This document shows, piece by piece, positions 59,377 through 64,000 of a stretch of DNA of 64,000 nucleotides. Made by a program: the position numbers and the translations under genes. The notes beneath the pieces were generated by a model. The model made no database searches and was not told the origin of the DNA. It saw only the letters and a program-made list of their open reading frames with translations. Every line of letters starts with the position of its first letter. Within the stretch, counting starts at the first letter, position 1. This DNA comes from Chitinophagia bacterium (GTDB taxonomy: Bacteria > Bacteroidota > Bacteroidia > Chitinophagales > Chitinophagaceae). The DNA lies in NCBI GenBank assembly GCA_037131895.1, contig JBAXQE010000010.1, positions 17,778 through 81,777 of the forward strand, written 5' to 3'.

Positions 59377-59952
59377 ATGAGTTTTTCTTTTCAATACGAA
59401 GTTGATCAATGCATAGAACTGCTGGCTGCCGGGGGGATCATTTTGTATCCAACCGATACGGTTTGGGGTATAGGATGCGATGCCACCTGTTCGGAAGCAG
59501 TAGATCGGATTTACCAACTGAAACAACGAGCCGACCATAAAGCAATGATTGTTCTGGTGGCAGATGAAAGAGATATTTTGCAATATGTTGCCCAGCCAGA
59601 TTTACAGGTGTTCGACTATATAAAAGGGGTTCAACGGCCCACTACCATTATTTACGAAAATGCGGTAGGGCTTGCCGATAATCTGATTGCGCCAGACGGA
59701 TCGGTGGGTATCAGAATTTGCAATGATCTTTTTTGCCGGCATTTACTCAAGCGGTTGCGCAAACCTCTGGTAAGCACATCTGCCAATATTAGTGGTTACC
59801 CAGCACCCGGATGTTTTAGAGATATCGATGAGTGGATTGTTTCGGGGGTAGATTATGCTGTGCAATATCGCAGGGAAGAAACAGATACATTTCGTCCTTC
59901 CTCTGTTGTGAAATGGGAAAAAGACGGCTCCATTACCATTTTGCGTGCCTGA
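59377..59952 (+). CDS. tsaC: L-threonylcarbamoyladenylate synthase (Sua5/YrdC family)
   Basis: LYPTDTVWGIGCDA, IYQLKQR, GIRI, PLVSTSANISG. Confidence 0.93.
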   Translation: MSFSFQYEVDQCIELLAAGGIILYPTDTVWGIGCDATCSEAVDRIYQLKQRADHKAMIVLVADERDILQYVAQPDLQVFDYIKGVQRPTTIIYENAVGLADNLIAPDGSVGIRICNDLFCRHLLKRLRKPLVSTSANISGYPAPGCFRDIDEWIVSGVDYAVQYRREETDTFRPSSVVKWEKDGSITILRA

Positions 59953-60021
59953 TTTACCGAATTCATCGTTTTTTTACAGCTCTTTTTGCAGAAACCTGCA
60001 GTAGTGCTATACTTTTGCAGC

Positions 60022-61029
60022 ATGGCAAAAATCCTGCTCATTCAAACGGCTTTTATTGGCGATGCAGTATTAGCAACTGCTTTGCAGGAAAAAATTCATA
60101 CCTGGGATCCTACCATAGAAATACACTGGCTGGTTCGTGAGGGAAATGAATCGCTCTGGCAAGATCATCCCTATGTAAAAAAAGTATGGGTATGGCATAA
60201 ACAAAAACAGAAGTACCTCGAATTATTTCGTTTAATAAAAGCCATCAGAAAAGAGAGATATCAAAAAGTAATCAATGTTCAACGATTTGCTGCCACTGGT
60301 TTACTAACGATTTTTTCTGCTGCCAAAGAAACTATCGGGTTTGATAAAAATCCATTCTCCCGTTTCTTTACTACCGTTATTAAGCATCAGATTTCAACGG
60401 GAGATCAGCCCTTACACGAAACTGAACGGAACCAACTTTTAATAGCCGGATTTACGGATGCTATTCCTGCCAAACCCAAATTATATCCCACTGCAGCCCA
60501 TTACCAGAAAATCGCTGGGTACCAGTCAAAACCCTATATCTGCCTGGCACCAGCTTCTGTATGGTTTACCAAGCAGTTTCCCGCAGATCAGTGGGTTTCG
60601 TTAATAGATTCTATCCCACCAGTGTATACTATTTATTTGTTGGGTGCACCGAGCGATCGAAAATGGTGCGATCAGATTGTGCGTTCGGCGGCAAAAGGGA
60701 ATACCACAAATTTATGCGGGTTACTCAGTTTGTTAGAGTCTGCCGCCCTGCAATCAGGTGCTGTGATGAATTATGTAAATGATTCTGCTCCCATGCATTT
60801 TGCTTCGGCCATGAATGCGCCCGTTACCGCCATTTATTGCTCAACGCTGCCTGCATTTGGGTTTGGTCCACTCTCCGATAATCGGCACTTGGTTCAAACC
60901 ACCCATTCCCTAAGCTGCCGTCCCTGTGGCTTGCATGGCAAAATGGCCTGCCCCGAAAAACATTTCCAGTGTGCAAGTACTATTACAACCCAGCAGTTGC
61001 TGAACACATTGCCGAATTTCACCAACTGA
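60022..61029 (+). CDS. Glycosyltransferase family 9 (heptosyltransferase-like)
   Basis: [40 protein letters not shown]; ATG 60022 preferred over 59986. Confidence 0.92.
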   Translation: MAKILLIQTAFIGDAVLATALQEKIHTWDPTIEIHWLVREGNESLWQDHPYVKKVWVWHKQKQKYLELFRLIKAIRKERYQKVINVQRFAATGLLTIFSAAKETIGFDKNPFSRFFTTVIKHQISTGDQPLHETERNQLLIAGFTDAIPAKPKLYPTAAHYQKIAGYQSKPYICLAPASVWFTKQFPADQWVSLIDSIPPVYTIYLLGAPSDRKWCDQIVRSAAKGNTTNLCGLLSLLESAALQSGAVMNYVNDSAPMHFASAMNAPVTAIYCSTLPAFGFGPLSDNRHLVQTTHSLSCRPCGLHGKMACPEKHFQCASTITTQQLLNTLPNFTN

Positions 61030-61051
61030 AACATTTGTACCTTTGCGGCCC

Positions 61052-62470
61052 ATGCATATTCATTGTTCGGAGGCTGAAGCCAATATATTGTTTATAATCG
61101 CCCAACAGGCCGAGGAACTGGGATACCCCTGTTACTTGATCGGTGGTTTTGTGCGAGATAAGCTATTGGGTAGACCCGTTAGCGATGCGGATATTGTTTG
61201 TTTGGGAGATGGTATCCTATTAGCTCGAAGGGTAGCTGCGTGTTTTCATCCTGCCCCTCCCGTATCCATTTTTAAGAACTTTGGAACGGCACAAATTAAA
61301 CTTCCCTCATTTGAACTGGAATTTGTAGGTGCCCGTAAAGAAAGTTACCGCAGTGATAGCCGTAAACCAGCCGTTGAAGCCGGCACCATTGAAGACGATC
61401 AGAACCGGCGCGACTTTACGATTAATGCACTGGCCATTTCTTTAAATAAAGGAGATTATGGTCAACTAATAGATCCCTTTAATGGAATAGAAGATTTACA
61501 TAATAGGTTACTAAAAACTCCCTTGCAGCCCGAACAAACTTTTAGTGATGATCCCTTGCGAATGTTGCGCGCGATTCGGTTCGCGGCCCAGTTGCAGTTT
61601 ACCATCGTACCGGATACATTTTTGGCGATAGCTACCCATGCTCATCGAATAAGCATAGTTTCTCAGGAGCGGATTACCGATGAGTTAAATAAAATTATGA
61701 TGTGCCCAAAGCCCTCTGTAGGCTGGCATTTATTGCTAACCAGCGGATTACTGAATCGCATATTTCCCCAGGTGGCCGACCTGCAGGGGGCGGAAAATAT
61801 TGACGGAATGGGGCATAAGGATAATTTCTATCATACCCTGCAGGTATTGGATAATGTTGCTGCTGTATCCGATGATCTGTGGCTAAGATGGGCAGCATTA
61901 TTGCACGATATCGGTAAGCCGGCTACCAAGCAATTTGAGCCTGGTCATGGATTTACGTTTCATGGGCATGAAGTAGTGGGTGCCCGAATGGTGCCCAAAA
62001 TATTCAATAAACTAAAATTGCCGCTGAACGAAAAAATGAAGTGGGTACAAAAATTGGTATTACTTCACCTTCGGCCCATCAGCTTAACTAAAGAAAATAT
62101 TACCGATAGTGCAGTACGCCGTTTATTGTTTGATGCAGGAGAAGATATTGATAGTTTGATGACTTTATGCGAAGCCGATATCACCAGTAAAAATAAGGTG
62201 AAAGTAAAACGATATTTACAAAATTTTGAGTTGGTTCGGCATCGCATGCACGAAGTGGAAGCTACCGATCAGTTGCGGAATTGGCAGCCCCCTGTAACTG
62301 GTGAAATGATTATGCAATACTTTTCTATTTCGCCGGGCAAACAGGTTGGTATAATTAAAGATGCGATTCGGGAAGCAATTTTAGACGGGATTATCCCCAA
62401 TGACTTTGAAGCTGCATTTTTATTCATGCAGGAAAAAGGGAAAGAACTAGGGCTTACCAGCAGAAATTGA
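61052..62470 (+). CDS. cca: CCA tRNA nucleotidyltransferase with HD domain
   Basis: [48 protein letters not shown]; TAccTTTG element just upstream of ATG 61052. Confidence 0.95.
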   Translation: MHIHCSEAEANILFIIAQQAEELGYPCYLIGGFVRDKLLGRPVSDADIVCLGDGILLARRVAACFHPAPPVSIFKNFGTAQIKLPSFELEFVGARKESYRSDSRKPAVEAGTIEDDQNRRDFTINALAISLNKGDYGQLIDPFNGIEDLHNRLLKTPLQPEQTFSDDPLRMLRAIRFAAQLQFTIVPDTFLAIATHAHRISIVSQERITDELNKIMMCPKPSVGWHLLLTSGLLNRIFPQVADLQGAENIDGMGHKDNFYHTLQVLDNVAAVSDDLWLRWAALLHDIGKPATKQFEPGHGFTFHGHEVVGARMVPKIFNKLKLPLNEKMKWVQKLVLLHLRPISLTKENITDSAVRRLLFDAGEDIDSLMTLCEADITSKNKVKVKRYLQNFELVRHRMHEVEATDQLRNWQPPVTGEMIMQYFSISPGKQVGIIKDAIREAILDGIIPNDFEAAFLFMQEKGKELGLTSRN

Positions 62471-62532
62471 GTATTTTTGTTTCAAACAGTCATTATTTTC
62501 AATTGGCTGATTATCTCGCAAAACAATCCCGC

Positions 62533-63117
62533 ATGGCCGTACTAAAATTTAGGGTATATCTGGAGGAAGATGAAACCATTTACCGCGACGTAGTAATTTT
62601 GCATAAGCAATATTTTAATGATTTACACAATATCATTCTAAAATCATTCGAGTTTGATCAGCAACATGCCGCAACTTTTTTTCGAAGCAACGACCAATGG
62701 GCCCGAGGTAGGGAAATCAGTTTGGCTGTGTACGATAAGTCCTATAAAGTAGAGCCACTGCTGATGCATGAAGTAACCATTGGTTCGGAAATAAAAGATA
62801 CCAATCAGAAATTTATTTACGAGTATGATTTTCAAAAACACTGGATTTTTTTGATTGAGTTGATTCATGTTAGCAAAGAAGAAAACCCTAAAATTACTTA
62901 CCCGTCTATATCCCGCATCGAAGGAATTGGTCCCCAACAATATGGCACCAAAAGTTTACTCGGTAGCAAGTTTGCCGACATTGAAGAAAAATACGATCTA
63001 ACCGAAGCTGCGGTAGGTTTTGGGGAAGAAGGGGAGGAAGATGGAGAGTCGGATGAGGCTGATAGTACCAACGATGCTTCAGAAGCAGATGCTTTTGATT
63101 CGGGCGAAGATTTTTAG
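62533..63117 (+). CDS. pRiA4b ORF-3-like (IS1096 TnpR-related) protein with acidic tail
   Basis: MAVLKFRVYLEED..YRDVVI, LHNIILKSFEFD, FIYEYDFQKHWIF, YP; ATG 62533 preferred. Confidence 0.8.
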   Translation: MAVLKFRVYLEEDETIYRDVVILHKQYFNDLHNIILKSFEFDQQHAATFFRSNDQWARGREISLAVYDKSYKVEPLLMHEVTIGSEIKDTNQKFIYEYDFQKHWIFLIELIHVSKEENPKITYPSISRIEGIGPQQYGTKSLLGSKFADIEEKYDLTEAAVGFGEEGEEDGESDEADSTNDASEADAFDSGEDF

Positions 63118-63153
63118 TTTCCGGTTCTATTTTTCAACTGAATGCGCCCACTT

Positions 63154-64000
63154 ATGCAGCACACCCCCAACGTTATTATTATAGCAGGCGCAACCGCAAC
63201 TGGAAAAACGGCAATTGCTGTGCAACTGGCTATTGAGCTTGCTACCGAAATTATTTCAGCTGATTCCCGTCAATGTTTTCAGGAATTATCTATTGGGGTT
63301 GCTCGCCCAACAAAAGAAGAGCTTGCAATTATACCGCATCATTTTATTGCTAGTCAATCGATTACTGAGCCCTCTAATGCAGGTTTATTTGAGCAAATGG
63401 CATTACAAAAAGTATCGGAATTGTTCGTAAATCATTCCACAGTTATTATGTGTGGTGGAACCGGATTATATATAAAGGCATTTATGGAAGGCATCGACCC
63501 CATGCCCGAAGTACCCGATTCGGTGCGCCAAGCGATTGAGCAGGAATATCAGTCAAAAGGACTTATCTGGTTGCAACGAGAATTGCAGCATCGTGATCCG
63601 GCTTTCTGGCAACAGGCAGAACAACAAAATCCACGCAGACTGCAACGGGCGTTAGAAGTATTACAGGCTACGGGTAAATCAATCTTGGCTTTTAGAAATG
63701 CCACACCCGCTAAACGTTCTTTTGCGATCACTCCGCTGTTAATTACCGTTCCTCCAGAGGTACTTCGCCAACGAATCAATGAGCGGGTAGATGCTATGAT
63801 GAAGGAGGGATTATTAGAGGAAGTAAAATCCGTTTTTGATTTTCGGCACCTGCCTGCTTTACAAACAGTAGGTTATCGCGAATTGATCAATCATTTGGAA
63901 GGAAAAAGTTCTTTGGACGAAACTGTTCAGCAAATAAAAATCAACACCTGGCAGTATGCCCGCCGGCAAATCACCTGGTTTAAAAAGCAGCCCGGTTTTT
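63154..64000 (+). CDS. miaA: tRNA dimethylallyltransferase (partial, runs off the right edge)
   Basis: Not in the ORF track because no stop falls in the window. Hand translation: IIIAGATATGKT, IISADSRQ, CGGTGLYIKA, NPRRLQRALEV, LQTVGYREL, QYARRQITWFKKQ. Confidence 0.96.
   Translation, partial: MQHTPNVIIIAGATATGKTAIAVQLAIELATEIISADSRQCFQELSIGVARPTKEELAIIPHHFIASQSITEPSNAGLFEQMALQKVSELFVNHSTVIMCGGTGLYIKAFMEGIDPMPEVPDSVRQAIEQEYQSKGLIWLQRELQHRDPAFWQQAEQQNPRRLQRALEVLQATGKSILAFRNATPAKRSFAITPLLITVPPEVLRQRINERVDAMMKEGLLEEVKSVFDFRHLPALQTVGYRELINHLEGKSSLDETVQQIKINTWQYARRQITWFKKQPGF

Noticed and set aside
59986-61029. GT9 as part of a novel LPS locus
   Set aside because: A single gene inside a housekeeping run (tsaC-GT9-cca); nothing unusual visible.
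62533-63117. Mobile element suggested by the IS1096 TnpR / pRiA4b ORF-3 similarity
   Set aside because: Embedded between cca and miaA, with no transposase, terminal repeats or target duplication; treated as a resident gene.
63215-63779. ORFs 63215..63430 and 63549..63779
   Set aside because: Alternate-frame or antisense shadows of miaA.

Overview
A 64-kb chromosomal window from a Bacteroidota bacterium, Chitinophagaceae-like by inference from SusC/SusD, TAnnTTTG promoters and gene content. No rRNA, tRNA, CRISPR array, integrase or transposase was seen. Five zones: (1) 0-7.8 kb: a carotenoid/HpnE-like FAD oxidoreductase running off the left edge, an HD-YitT fusion, and a YncE + TonB-type outer-membrane pair. 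(2) 7.8-22.2 kb: an accessory/defence stretch, almost all minus strand, with four type II TA loci (MazF-type; HigBA with a deleted toxin; YefM-YoeB with a three-site TGTAC operator; DUF433-DUF5615), a standalone PvuRts1I/AbaSI-family modification-dependent restriction endonuclease, a duplicated secreted CxxC protein, and a lipoprotein / 7-TM / kinase-remnant / LuxR cassette. Many gene ends here are followed by copies of one degenerate hairpin-rich (REP-like) repeat. (3) 22.2-30.9 kb: katG, an ABC pair and a sortilin/BNR protein. (4) 30.9-46.8 kb: a candidate phosphorus-scavenging island: SusC-SusD, two alkaline-phosphatase-superfamily enzymes, PhnZ, a TIGR03364-type FAD oxidoreductase and a DUF5690 carrier, with no PhnY/PhnW/PhnX/PhnA; next to it a PlcP-like phosphoesterase + glycosyltransferase, a GH1 and a CHAD protein. 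(5) 46.9-64 kb: small unknown genes sharing a candidate operator with a pseudokinase-LuxR pair, a second sortilin-like protein, a MITE-like repeat, orphan response regulators, then housekeeping genes (EamA, dapD, tsaC, GT9, cca, pRiA4b ORF-3-like, miaA partial). Best candidates for an undescribed system are the TonB-dependent phosphonate/organophosphorus locus and the pair of LuxR loci with crippled kinases and a shared operator. All family calls come from visual motif recognition; no searches were run.
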